From a virus (Duplodnaviria > Caudoviricetes): a stretch of 64,000 nt of DNA. Shown here in pieces: positions 10,218 to 18,065 of the stretch; the first letter of the stretch is position 1; each line of letters begins with the position of its first letter. Under the pieces are notes generated by a model. The model was not told the DNA's origin. It saw only the letters and a program-made list of their open reading frames with translations, and did no database searches. A program made the position numbers and the translations under genes. The stretch is from positions 7,775 to 71,774 of the IMG/VR virus record IMGVR_UViG_3300037857_000053, one strand, 5' to 3'.

Positions 10218-10877
10218 TCAGAGCCTTGTTCGGTCGATGTACTGGCCGAGCTTGAAACCCCCGTCGATGCTGATCTGATCGTCTATGTTGATCACCCGCT
10301 TATGGGCCCAATCCACGCGATATTCGGTGCCTGGGACCTTCGCGGTCTTCATTGCTAGACGGGTGCGCTCGATGAGGGTGCGGCTGGGTGTCTTGACAGG
10401 AGACCGGGCAATAACGCCCCGCCCGCAAACAGCCGCTCTCGGTGGTTTTGTGGTTTCCACCTTGACCAGGTGGCGGGCGGCATAGGCCGGATGACCAATG
10501 GGAGCCCGTCGAATAATGGATCGACCCAGAACGACCCGTTGCGGATAAGAAACCTTGTCGAGGATCACCGCGTCCGCAAATTCAAGATATCGGATCGTCG
10601 CCGTAGCTGTGCCCTTCAGCGATGGCAGCGACTCTCCAGGATAAGTGGTTGATTGACCGGAATACTGCGCGATGATCTCCCGCTTCCGGCTTTCCGCCCA
10701 ATCATCAAACCAGAAGTCCACAGAGTGGTGTCCGGCCAGATAGGGAAGATTCTTGGCTGATGCCGTGTAAGGACCCATTTCCGCGACCAGTGGAACGGAC
10801 AGATCGTCCGACATGGCCGTGGCCGCTGCCTCCTCGAACACATCCGAGTTGAACAGCGTCAGGTCATTGACATTCAC
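10218..10877 (-). CDS. Baseplate protein I (P2 gpI-like)
   Basis: LPYLAGHHSVDFWFDDWAESRKREII motif; follows the gpJ-like gene. Confidence 0.85.
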   Translation of the reverse strand: MNVNDLTLFNSDVFEEAAATAMSDDLSVPLVAEMGPYTASAKNLPYLAGHHSVDFWFDDWAESRKREIIAQYSGQSTTYPGESLPSLKGTATATIRYLEFADAVILDKVSYPQRVVLGRSIIRRAPIGHPAYAARHLVKVETTKPPRAAVCGRGVIARSPVKTPSRTLIERTRLAMKTAKVPGTEYRVDWAHKRVINIDDQISIDGGFKLGQYIDRTRL

Positions 10878-11818
10878 GAACGAACCTCAATCGTCATCGT
10901 CAGGCTCGTCATCACCGGAACCGAATATGGATCGGCTTCAATGGTGACAGGCGCGTTGTCCGTGACCTTCAGAACGTTCTCAGAGTAAGCCGCCCCTGGA
11001 AGATAGTCGGGTGGGATTTCACCCCCAATCAGGATCCGGCTGGTGGCCGCGGCTTGGACCCGGTCCCTGGCATTGGCAAGAACCAAATCAGGAGCCGGAC
11101 CCGATGCCGGAATTTCAAGGTGCAGGTCGATCTCGTATTCAATGCGGGTGGCCGGAACCACCTCGATAAAAACCGCCTCAGGCTTGACGCTCGGGTGCGT
11201 GACAGCCTGGCGGACAAGCTCCTGATTGCCTTCGGAGGGCGTGTCGCCATTCGGCCCGATGATCACGACATCGGTATCCCCCCGACGTCCATGGACAGCC
11301 CAGCCATTCACGCGGGCATCCCAAAGGCCCATGGACTTGTCAGCCGCCTGGGGCCAGGCCGTGTAAGCCTCATAGAGAAGCTGGTTGGCCGACCCGGCAG
11401 CTGCGCGGTCATAGGAGTACAAGAACCGCTTCAAAAGGGCTTCATCGGACTCCAGAACAGCTGGGACGTCTCCATTGGCAGGAATCGCAGTCAAACGGGT
11501 GATGTCCCGGGTCGCAGCAATGGCCTGCAAATTTGTTCCGGCTGCAAAGGGAGCCAAAAGTGCCCGGTAGGCGTCATTGACACGTTCCCGGTCCAGAAGC
11601 CTCAGAAAAGACCAGGCTTGTCCCAGGATAACCACAGGATCCGTTTCCAGGTCCGATACGTCATAGTCTGGAAGACTCGGGTCGATCGCTCGTGCGGCCG
11701 CCCATTCAGTGGCAAAGCGATCTTTGAAAGCCTGGAGGAGCGTTTCAAAGTCCAGCTCCTCGATGGCTTCAGGGGCCGGCAGGGCTGAAAGATCAATAAT
11801 GGACGGTGCATCAGCCAT
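10874..11818 (-). CDS. Baseplate J-like protein
   Basis: IDLSALPAPEAIEELDFE N-terminus; AAGS...YEA motif. Confidence 0.92.
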   Translation of the reverse strand: MADAPSIIDLSALPAPEAIEELDFETLLQAFKDRFATEWAAARAIDPSLPDYDVSDLETDPVVILGQAWSFLRLLDRERVNDAYRALLAPFAAGTNLQAIAATRDITRLTAIPANGDVPAVLESDEALLKRFLYSYDRAAAGSANQLLYEAYTAWPQAADKSMGLWDARVNGWAVHGRRGDTDVVIIGPNGDTPSEGNQELVRQAVTHPSVKPEAVFIEVVPATRIEYEIDLHLEIPASGPAPDLVLANARDRVQAAATSRILIGGEIPPDYLPGAAYSENVLKVTDNAPVTIEADPYSVPVMTSLTMTIEVRS

Positions 11819-11830
11819 GAGGGAGATCCT

Positions 11831-12217
11831 TTAGGCCGCGAGGGTCTGCGGCAGGTCGTATTTCACCAGCCGCTCCTCAGCGACCGTGTAGTCCCCGAGG
11901 TGTCCTCTGGGGTAGTATTCACCGAGCAGGGAGATCGTCACGACGCCGGAGGCTTTTGCCTGGGTCACACCGGCCTTTCTCAAACGAAAGCGGGGCTCCC
12001 AGCGCAGGATCGCGACAGCAACGGCCGCATAGATCGCAAGCACGTTCTTGTCGGTCATGGGCCGGTCGATGAGGCTCATCAGCTCAGAGCCAAACTCCCG
12101 GCGCATCACGCGGGTGCCGATCGGTGTTGTGAGGATCTTGCGGATCGACTGGACGACGTGCCCCCAATCGGACAGCACAGCGCCCCGGCCTGCATTCAGG
12201 CCAGCCGAATAGGCCAT
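11831..12217 (-). CDS. Baseplate wedge protein W (gp25-like)
   Basis: HVVQSIRKILTTPIGTRVMRREFGS and RWEPR motifs. Confidence 0.93.
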   Translation of the reverse strand: MAYSAGLNAGRGAVLSDWGHVVQSIRKILTTPIGTRVMRREFGSELMSLIDRPMTDKNVLAIYAAVAVAILRWEPRFRLRKAGVTQAKASGVVTISLLGEYYPRGHLGDYTVAEERLVKYDLPQTLAA

Positions 12218-12435
12218 CAGTCGTCAGCCTTGACCGTCTTGCGGGACCGGCGCTTCGGCTTGTCTTCCGTCTCCGGGACCGGCGCGTCCTTGATGGTCTC
12301 GACTTCCGTGACGAGCTGCACAGAGCCCTCCATCAGAAGCCATTTCGGGTTCGGGTGGTCGAAGACCTCGCCTTTCCCGTGGTACAGGCAGGCGTTCCAG
12401 ATCCCGCCCTCTTTCGTCACGATGACCTTAGGCAT
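12217..12435 (-). CDS. Small hypothetical baseplate-region protein
   Basis: Starts MPKVIVTK; stop overlaps the gpW start. Confidence 0.6.
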   Translation of the reverse strand: MPKVIVTKEGGIWNACLYHGKGEVFDHPNPKWLLMEGSVQLVTEVETIKDAPVPETEDKPKRRSRKTVKADD

Positions 12436-12463
12436 CACAAAGGTTCCTTGTGTTGGGCACACG

Positions 12464-12500
12464 AAAAAACCCGCCGGACCGGTCAAGGTCGCAGCGGGTT
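12464..12500 (-). terminator. Intrinsic terminator closing the Ro60/HD insert
   Basis: AACCCGC/GCGGGTT stem next to an A6 tract (U-run on the minus strand). Confidence 0.65.
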
Positions 12501-12523
12501 GGAAATTCGGAATGTTGTCGGTG

Positions 12524-12778
12524 TTAGGAGGCGGTGGAAGCCGGTAGCGTCATCTTGATGTTCACAGTCGAGCGTTTGGTGTCGATGTCGATCTGAATGT
12601 CTCCAGGATCACACCCTTCGACAGTCAAACCGACCGTGCCTGTCACAGGTTTGAAATCAACTTGCTCGACCGGTAGATCCAAAAACGGTTGAAGCAGATC
12701 CCACACCTGCTCTCGCAACTTCTCAGATAGAACCGCTTGTTCTGCGTAAAACTCTTTGAGCCTGTCAGAGTCCAACAT
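12524..12778 (-). CDS. Hypothetical protein (insert)
   Basis: 84 aa, overlaps the upstream gene end. Confidence 0.6.
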   Translation of the reverse strand: MLDSDRLKEFYAEQAVLSEKLREQVWDLLQPFLDLPVEQVDFKPVTGTVGLTVEGCDPGDIQIDIDTKRSTVNIKMTLPASTAS

Positions 12779-13079
12779 CCCACTCCTCCGGTTTCATACC
12801 AGGCGGTAGATCAATCCTGTATTCATTGGTGGTAAACGAAGGCGCGTGAACCCCGTCGATAAACAAGAACTCGGCCCGGCCATCATTGTTTTGAACTTGC
12901 GGAATGTGGGCAAAACCGTGAGATCGAATGATGCCAATCAACATGTCAATGATCTGGCAGTAATCAACCGGTGCCAATGGCTGCCCGACGAAGTCCTTAA
13001 GAGGCCCCTCTTTAGGCGTCTCAACAGCCACTTTCAGTTCAGCTTTGAGCGCGTCCAACTTGCTCTTGTCGTAGTCCAT
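12765..13079 (-). CDS. Hypothetical protein (insert)
   Basis: Start reassigned to MDYDKSK, after AAAGGTGG RBS. Confidence 0.6.
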   Translation of the reverse strand: MDYDKSKLDALKAELKVAVETPKEGPLKDFVGQPLAPVDYCQIIDMLIGIIRSHGFAHIPQVQNNDGRAEFLFIDGVHAPSFTTNEYRIDLPPGMKPEEWDVGL

Positions 13080-13101
13080 AAAGCCACCTTTGGGAATCGT
13101 C

Positions 13102-13278
13102 TCAGCAGGAAATGAGGTTCGGATCCTTCTTGAAAGCCTCGTAGTCCGAGTGCTCCATGAAGATCTCATCATCGGCAATGACGTAGCGACCCTTGGTGAC
13201 AATCTCGGATTTACCGCCACGCTCGATCACCGTGCCGTCATCCACCGGCTTGACTGTGATGGCGAAAATGTTCTTCAT
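13102..13278 (-). CDS. 58-aa hypothetical protein (missing from the ORF track)
   Basis: MKNIFAITVKPVDDGTVIERGGKSEIVTKGRYVIADDEIFMEHSDYEAFKKDPNLISC; GAGG RBS. Confidence 0.55.
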   Translation of the reverse strand: MKNIFAITVKPVDDGTVIERGGKSEIVTKGRYVIADDEIFMEHSDYEAFKKDPNLISC

Positions 13279-13288
13279 GCCGTCCGCC

Positions 13289-13537
13289 TCATTTTTTCCC
13301 GTCTTCGATCGCCTTGGAAACAGCTTCCTTTAAACGGGCATAAGCCTCGCCACGGTCTATGCCCTCTTTCAGGTGGAAGACTGGAACGGGATCTGGCGGC
13401 CGGATTGTGATCTTGCCTTTTTCTGTGTCTATGTGCTCGACCACGAGGCCAATCGGCTCAGCACGATCCACCATCTTTATAAGCTCGGCCTGGACGGCAG
13501 CTATGATCTGATCGACGCTCAGGGTCATGCCGTTCAC
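13289..13537 (-). CDS. Hypothetical protein (insert)
   Basis: 82 aa, 4-nt overlap with the HD gene. Confidence 0.6.
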   Translation of the reverse strand: MNGMTLSVDQIIAAVQAELIKMVDRAEPIGLVVEHIDTEKGKITIRPPDPVPVFHLKEGIDRGEAYARLKEAVSKAIEDGKK

Positions 13538-14241
13538 CTCACTTCGACTTCGCTAAACATCCAGTCCGGCAAGGTCTTCGGAATGTTGTGGCAATCCACC
13601 AGCTTGATCTGATCCGCAATCGGCTGCGGCTCCCAGCGTTGGTATTGGATACCAAGATCCGCGATGCACTCTTTGAAGTACGAAGGAGCGCGCATCATGT
13701 CGATGTGAAGATGAATGGGGTTAGTGCTGGTACGGTGAAGCCGCTCCACCCCTTGCGCTAACTGCCGCAGCTCTGGAAGGCCTTTTGTCATCACCTCAAG
13801 AAGCGCATCCCGCTCGGCCAGATAGACCTTGGCGAATTTCGGGTCATGAACCGTGATTGACTTGGTGTTGTCGATCAAATCACAATACTTGATGGTCTGG
13901 GCTTCATCCGGCGCGGCGGCCAGATGCTCCCGGTCGATTTCCTTGCGGCGCTTCCGGTTGCCGTCATGGGGCTTGGAAACGTCGGTCAGCCAGCTCACCA
14001 GGTTGAACACCTTCGGACCGAACAAGCCGATAATCTGCTCGTGAGTGACCTGGGTGTCTTCCACCACATCGTGGAGCCAGGCCGCAGCGATCATTTCAGG
14101 CGTCCCGCCGTATCGAGCGACCCTCGCCGCCACCTCAAACAGATGGTGCGAATAGCAATCGTTGGTGTACTTGCGGCGATGATTGATGGCCTGATGCGCG
14201 CCGATTGCGAAAAACCGAGCCTTGAGGATTAATTGGTTCAT
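13534..14241 (-). CDS. RelA/SpoT-type HD-domain protein (small alarmone hydrolase / Mesh1-like)
   Basis: FAIGAH..RRKY...Y..HLFEVA, AAAWLHDVVEDT and IKYCDLIDN motifs. Confidence 0.85.
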   Translation of the reverse strand: MNQLILKARFFAIGAHQAINHRRKYTNDCYSHHLFEVAARVARYGGTPEMIAAAWLHDVVEDTQVTHEQIIGLFGPKVFNLVSWLTDVSKPHDGNRKRRKEIDREHLAAAPDEAQTIKYCDLIDNTKSITVHDPKFAKVYLAERDALLEVMTKGLPELRQLAQGVERLHRTSTNPIHLHIDMMRAPSYFKECIADLGIQYQRWEPQPIADQIKLVDCHNIPKTLPDWMFSEVEVR

Positions 14242-14636
14242 GCTGTTTCCCCGATATCGATTACCGGCCGCTCGTATTGGTGGATCAGCTCTTGAGCGTG
14301 GTCTTCGTCCCGGACTTCCAACTCACGGCACCAGTAAACTCCAGTGGTCGGGCTAAGTTCATACAGGGTGTAAGTGCCCTTCCCGTCTGGTTTCAGCCGC
14401 CACTTCGGTTTTTTCTGCCAAACAAATGATGGGTTGTTTGGATCTTCCGGGTCATGGTCGCTTGTCTCCTGGCTCTCTTGCGGCGATAGGTCAAACAAGA
14501 TCGCCAAGGCCAGCAGAGTCGCTGCTAACAGCCACCAGATGGCCGTGAAATCTGTAATATTCCGATCCGTGACCACCCAAAGAAGAAAATCGATAAAGGC
14601 GCAGAACAGAACAGGCAAGGCTAATACTTTGCTCAT
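14238..14636 (-). CDS. Membrane protein, two predicted N-terminal TM segments
   Basis: Two hydrophobic stretches followed by a soluble domain; coupled at both ends. Confidence 0.65.
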   Translation of the reverse strand: MSKVLALPVLFCAFIDFLLWVVTDRNITDFTAIWWLLAATLLALAILFDLSPQESQETSDHDPEDPNNPSFVWQKKPKWRLKPDGKGTYTLYELSPTTGVYWCRELEVRDEDHAQELIHQYERPVIDIGETA

Positions 14637-14842
14637 GACGTTTCCCCAGATCCGCCAGTTTCAGGAGGACCCGAGCGCAGCCAGCAATCCACCGCGGCAG
14701 CCACAGGCCCTGGAACCTTGTTGGTGGTCACGTAGCGCCAGATTTGCGTCCTATTGACCCCAAGGTGCTTGGAAAGCGCGGACTGCCATCCGCGCTCCCC
14801 GAACAGGTCAATCCCTGCTTGTTTGAGTTCGTCACCGGTCAT
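14633..14842 (-). CDS. Small HTH (Cro-like) DNA-binding protein
   Basis: WQSALSKHLGVNRTQIWRY helix-turn-helix pattern. Confidence 0.75.
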   Translation of the reverse strand: MTGDELKQAGIDLFGERGWQSALSKHLGVNRTQIWRYVTTNKVPGPVAAAVDCWLRSGPPETGGSGETS

Positions 14843-16136
14843 TCTCGGTTTCCGTGATGAAACGGATCACAGCCTCGCTAAACCCGTTGATATGCGTCCA
14901 CTTCCCGTAGCCGACCCCGTTCTGGTAGCTGGCTACGTTGATCATGTACGCCTTCTCAGCCCGAGGATCTGGAACCCGGTCATGAGACTGCTCATCGGTG
15001 ATCACGATCAGCCGGTCACAAGGAACGCTCTCATTGATCCGCCGAACAGCGTTGCCAAGGTACGTGCCCATATGCGGCTGGGACCGGATGACAGCCTCAA
15101 CGCCAGCCATGCCCCGGCGGGCCGGAACCTCTCTGATCTCGTTGGAGAACGAGAAAACCCGAAGGTCTCCGTTGAGCACGGACGACAAAGCCGCAGCGGC
15201 ATCCAGGCGGGTCATGTCCGACTTGGCAGAAACATTGTCGTATTTCATGGATCCAGACACGTCCACCAGGACAACGGTCGTGCCCGACAGGCGCGGACCG
15301 GAGGCAATCGCCTCGCACAAGGCCTGATCAATCACCGGCTCCAGCTGCGGACAGGCCCGTGCGGCTGCCACATAGCTGAACGGGAACACCAGATCGGCCC
15401 CTTTGCGGGCAATGATCGCATCGCGAACCAGCTCCCGGTCACAGCCGGCCTCCATCATGCCGCGCAGATTGCGCAGCAAGGCCAGATAGCCCAGCTTGCC
15501 TTCCCGGATCAGCCGCTCGAAGGTTTCCTTCTTGTCGGCACCACCAGACAGCGATGTCTCCCAGGTGTCCGGCGTTGCCAGATCCTTATTGGCCAAACGC
15601 TTGAACAAGGCCGCCTGATCTTCATCCTTGGGCTTTGGGTGTGCCAGGAACAGAACATCCCGCAGCTTGATCGGACCCTCGCGGTCATACTTGGCCAGCT
15701 GGTACTCGGAGAACTTTCCAAGCGCCTTGCCAAGACCAACCTTCAGCTGTTTGGAGAGCGGCCGCTTTCCATCCTTCCAGTAAAGGGCCAGAAGCTCCGT
15801 GATCTCATCGGCGCGGCGGATGGTCTTGGTGATGGTGTCGGCCACACCCGGACCACCCCGGCGGATCTGATCGAGCAGCAGCATCAAGGGAGCATGGCGC
15901 AGCCCGTAAACGTTGCGAGCCTCGATCGCCAGCTCCTGGACATACTCGGGATCACACTTGGCAGCGGTCTCAAGGATTCGATCTGCAATGTCCTTGCCGT
16001 CCTCGTAGAAGGTTTTCTCCCAGAGCAAGCAAGACAGGACCGACCGGCGCAGGGCGGCTTCCGGGCTGATATGCCGGGCCGGACCCCCTTCATGGGTGCG
16101 CGGTCGAGAGATATTGGAGGCAGTGTTTAAACGCAT
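14832..16136 (-). CDS. rsr: Ro60/TROVE-domain RNA-binding protein with C-terminal vWA domain
   Basis: THEGG, FYEDG, AKYDR...KLRDVLFLAHPKP, TWET, YLALLRNLR and DVSGSM...VITDEQ motifs; start at MRLNT after GGGAG RBS (434 aa). Confidence 0.95.
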   Translation of the reverse strand: MRLNTASNISRPRTHEGGPARHISPEAALRRSVLSCLLWEKTFYEDGKDIADRILETAAKCDPEYVQELAIEARNVYGLRHAPLMLLLDQIRRGGPGVADTITKTIRRADEITELLALYWKDGKRPLSKQLKVGLGKALGKFSEYQLAKYDREGPIKLRDVLFLAHPKPKDEDQAALFKRLANKDLATPDTWETSLSGGADKKETFERLIREGKLGYLALLRNLRGMMEAGCDRELVRDAIIARKGADLVFPFSYVAAARACPQLEPVIDQALCEAIASGPRLSGTTVVLVDVSGSMKYDNVSAKSDMTRLDAAAALSSVLNGDLRVFSFSNEIREVPARRGMAGVEAVIRSQPHMGTYLGNAVRRINESVPCDRLIVITDEQSHDRVPDPRAEKAYMINVASYQNGVGYGKWTHINGFSEAVIRFITETENDR

Positions 16137-16155
16137 TCTCGGCTCCCTGGTTGAG

Positions 16156-16313
16156 CAAGCCATCTGGAGAATGCGGGAACAGTCGAAACCGGGTAGCCGT
16201 AACCACCACGGCGTAACCAGGGTTGATGGACCTGGGGGGCTTACAATCTGGTGACAGGAATCGAACCTGCGAAGTAACCGGATCCTAGCGCCACGCACTC
16301 GCCAGATGGCTTG
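16156..16313 (-). ncRNA. Y RNA candidate 1 (tRNA-like module with T arm)
   Basis: 12-bp terminal stem CAAGCCATCTGG/CCAGATGGCTTG; GTGGCGCTAGGATCCGGTTACTTC...CGACTGTTCCC core; GCAGG-TTCGATT-CCTGT T arm. Confidence 0.8.
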
Positions 16314-16334
16314 AGGGGTTAGCCGAACGGCGAA

Positions 16335-16474
16335 AACAGCAGAGGGGAACAATCGAACCCGGAACGTTGTGCTCTACCAACTGAGCTACCCTCCAAGTAG
16401 GAGGAGCAGGACTCGAACCTGCGACCAAACGATTACAAATCGAAGTAGCCGAACTCTACGCCACCTCTGCTGTT
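16335..16474 (-). ncRNA. yrlA: Y RNA candidate 2 (YrlA-type, circularly permuted tRNA domain)
   Basis: 11-bp terminal stem; core GTGGCGTAGAGTTCGGCTACTTC...CGATTGTTCCC; T arm GCAGG-TTCGAGT-CCTGC, loop-closed acceptor stem, then D arm GCTC-AGTTGGTA-GAGC. Confidence 0.88.
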
Positions 16475-16479
16475 ATCAA

Positions 16480-16549
16480 CCATTCGGGAACAAGCGGCAC
16501 GGTGTTTCCAGGCTTAAGAAGAAGTAACCGATGCCTTCACCACGATTGG
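16480..16549 (-). ncRNA. Y RNA candidate 3 (minimal, no tRNA domain)
   Basis: Core GTGGTGAAGGCATCGGTTACTTC...CGCTTGTTCCC matching the other two; 7-bp closing stem with one mismatch. Confidence 0.65.
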
Positions 16550-16570
16550 CAGCACTGGAGTCGCACGTTT

Positions 16571-16589
16571 ATGTTGCCATTTGCAACAT
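16571..16589. promoter_or_regulatory. Palindromic operator candidate upstream of the Y RNA-Ro60 unit
   Basis: Perfect inverted repeat ATGTTGC-CATTT-GCAACAT. Confidence 0.45.
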
Positions 16590-16625
16590 GAAATATCCGA
16601 TTTCGTCCAAACTGAAAGACCAGCT

Positions 16626-16778
16626 TCATTGTTTGGTGGTTTTAACCCCTTTGCGCGAAAAGCCGTTTCTCGGTTTCGATCGGTGGCGGATCTCCTCTCC
16701 CTCTAAGGGCAGCAAAAGCCAGGTTATGGCCATGGCACATGCAATAAATGCGACCAGAAGGGTCAGCAGCAGTCCCAT
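16626..16778 (-). CDS. 50-aa single-TM peptide
   Basis: MGLLLTLLVAFIACAMAITWLLL... after AAGGAG RBS. Confidence 0.5.
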   Translation of the reverse strand: MGLLLTLLVAFIACAMAITWLLLPLEGEEIRHRSKPRNGFSRKGVKTTKQ

Positions 16779-16788
16779 GGCTATCTCC

Positions 16789-17358
16789 TTAGACCGGCGG
16801 CCCGACAGGACCTGGAGGCGCTGTGACGTGACCGTGATCATCGCCAACGTTCTTGGCGTTGTGATGGAGTTTGGGCCCGTTGATCTGGACCGGACCATTG
16901 ATCTCAATGTCATCAGCGGTCAGTCGGAAATTCGGAGCGTCAATGGTGATGTTTCCGCTTTCATCCACCAAGAGCGAAAAGCTTTCATCATTCACCGTGA
17001 GCCGGATTTCACCGGCCTTGTCATGCGGCCGCGGATTGTCCTGATACGGCATGGAGTGATCAATTTCGGCCTCGGACAGATCCCCGTTTTCGGAGACCAC
17101 CCGCACCTGTTCGCCCACCACCGGGAAAATATGCGCCTTGACGTTGCCCATGGCGATCTCGCGAACGCGGATCCAGGGTGTCAGGTAGGGATTGCCGGAT
17201 CCGTCGTCTTGGCGCAGGAGAACCCGTGCCAGGCCCTTTGCAGGATCGACTTCCTGGATCTTGCCAATCCGGCTCTTGTTCCGGTTCCGCCGATTGATCT
17301 CGGCAACATGGAAGTACAGCTCGGCAATCTGATCTTCCAGCCGATCAGGAACCCGCAT
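16789..17358 (-). CDS. Baseplate spike protein V
   Basis: GKIQEVD...ARV, P.VGEQV OB-fold motif; C-terminal NVGDDHGH (HxH iron-binding tip). Confidence 0.92.
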   Translation of the reverse strand: MRVPDRLEDQIAELYFHVAEINRRNRNKSRIGKIQEVDPAKGLARVLLRQDDGSGNPYLTPWIRVREIAMGNVKAHIFPVVGEQVRVVSENGDLSEAEIDHSMPYQDNPRPHDKAGEIRLTVNDESFSLLVDESGNITIDAPNFRLTADDIEINGPVQINGPKLHHNAKNVGDDHGHVTAPPGPVGPPV

Positions 17359-17527
17359 TGTGCCACCCGTGACCGTTAAGCGATTGGCCCAAACCTTTCA
17401 CGAATGCGTCGGCGTTCTTCCTGGGCGCAATGCACAGTCCGATAATCACCAACCCCAAGCCAGCGATAAGAAACGGCCCGGCAGCAATCTTCTGAATGAT
17501 GCGCAATACGTTTTTAGCCGTCTCCAT
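17345..17527 (-). CDS. Small membrane protein
   Basis: One hydrophobic helix; overlaps both neighbours. Confidence 0.45.
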   Translation of the reverse strand: METAKNVLRIIQKIAAGPFLIAGLGLVIIGLCIAPRKNADAFVKGLGQSLNGHGWHNAGS

Positions 17528-18065
17528 TGCCAAGCTCCTCGTGAATGGATCCCAATGATGTGATTGTCGTCTCCGGAGAGAGGTCCGCATCTGTGACGAA
17601 CTCCAGCTCTGGGATCACAATGTCGCCAAGCTCGGACAGGAAGACGCCCTGGGTCCAGGACACCGTCCAGAGGGACACGCCCCGTTTCCGGGTCTTCTCC
17701 GAGTTGTCGTTGTTGACGCCCATGTTGGCGGGATCTGAAGCAGCAGTGCCGCCAAACCGGTTCTGATAAATGAGAACCGCGATCTTCTCGGCAATGGCCA
17801 TCGCCTGCATGTCAGAGACGCTGTTGCTGGCTTCCCGGGTCATGACGGCCACGGCCACATTGACATCGGCCCGGACCCGGCCATCGGTGCGCGACATGAC
17901 TTCCGGCATGTCCACAGCCACCAGGGCCCCCGGAAGGGACACACCGATCCGCCGGACATCGTCGCCATCGAACTCATCGCGGTAGGCGCGCACTTCCCGG
18001 AGCTCCGGGATTTCGCTTTCGAGGGTCAGAAGAACCGCCTCGTAGTAATTGGTGAGGCTGCTCAT
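17514..18065 (-). CDS. Tail terminator/completion protein (Mu gp37-like)
   Basis: 183 aa in the neck cluster; PGALVAV and WTVSWTQ patterns. Confidence 0.65.
   Translation of the reverse strand: MSSLTNYYEAVLLTLESEIPELREVRAYRDEFDGDDVRRIGVSLPGALVAVDMPEVMSRTDGRVRADVNVAVAVMTREASNSVSDMQAMAIAEKIAVLIYQNRFGGTAASDPANMGVNNDNSEKTRKRGVSLWTVSWTQGVFLSELGDIVIPELEFVTDADLSPETTITSLGSIHEELGNGDG

Noticed and set aside
16137-16352. N-terminal extension of the 506-aa TROVE ORF
   Set aside because: It overlaps the Y RNAs; the RBS and TROVE similarity start at 16136.
16350-16440. Conventional tRNA gene (clear D arm and TTCGA loop)
   Set aside because: Arms are in permuted order (T arm before D arm), the acceptor is closed by a loop, and there is no anticodon loop or CCA; it fits the tRNA-like domain of a YrlA-type Y RNA.
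16540-16600. Sigma54 (RtcR-type) promoter for the Y RNA-Ro60 unit
   Set aside because: TGGCA is present but the GC falls 2 nt off the required GG-N10-GC spacing; no rtcR or rtcB gene is in the window.
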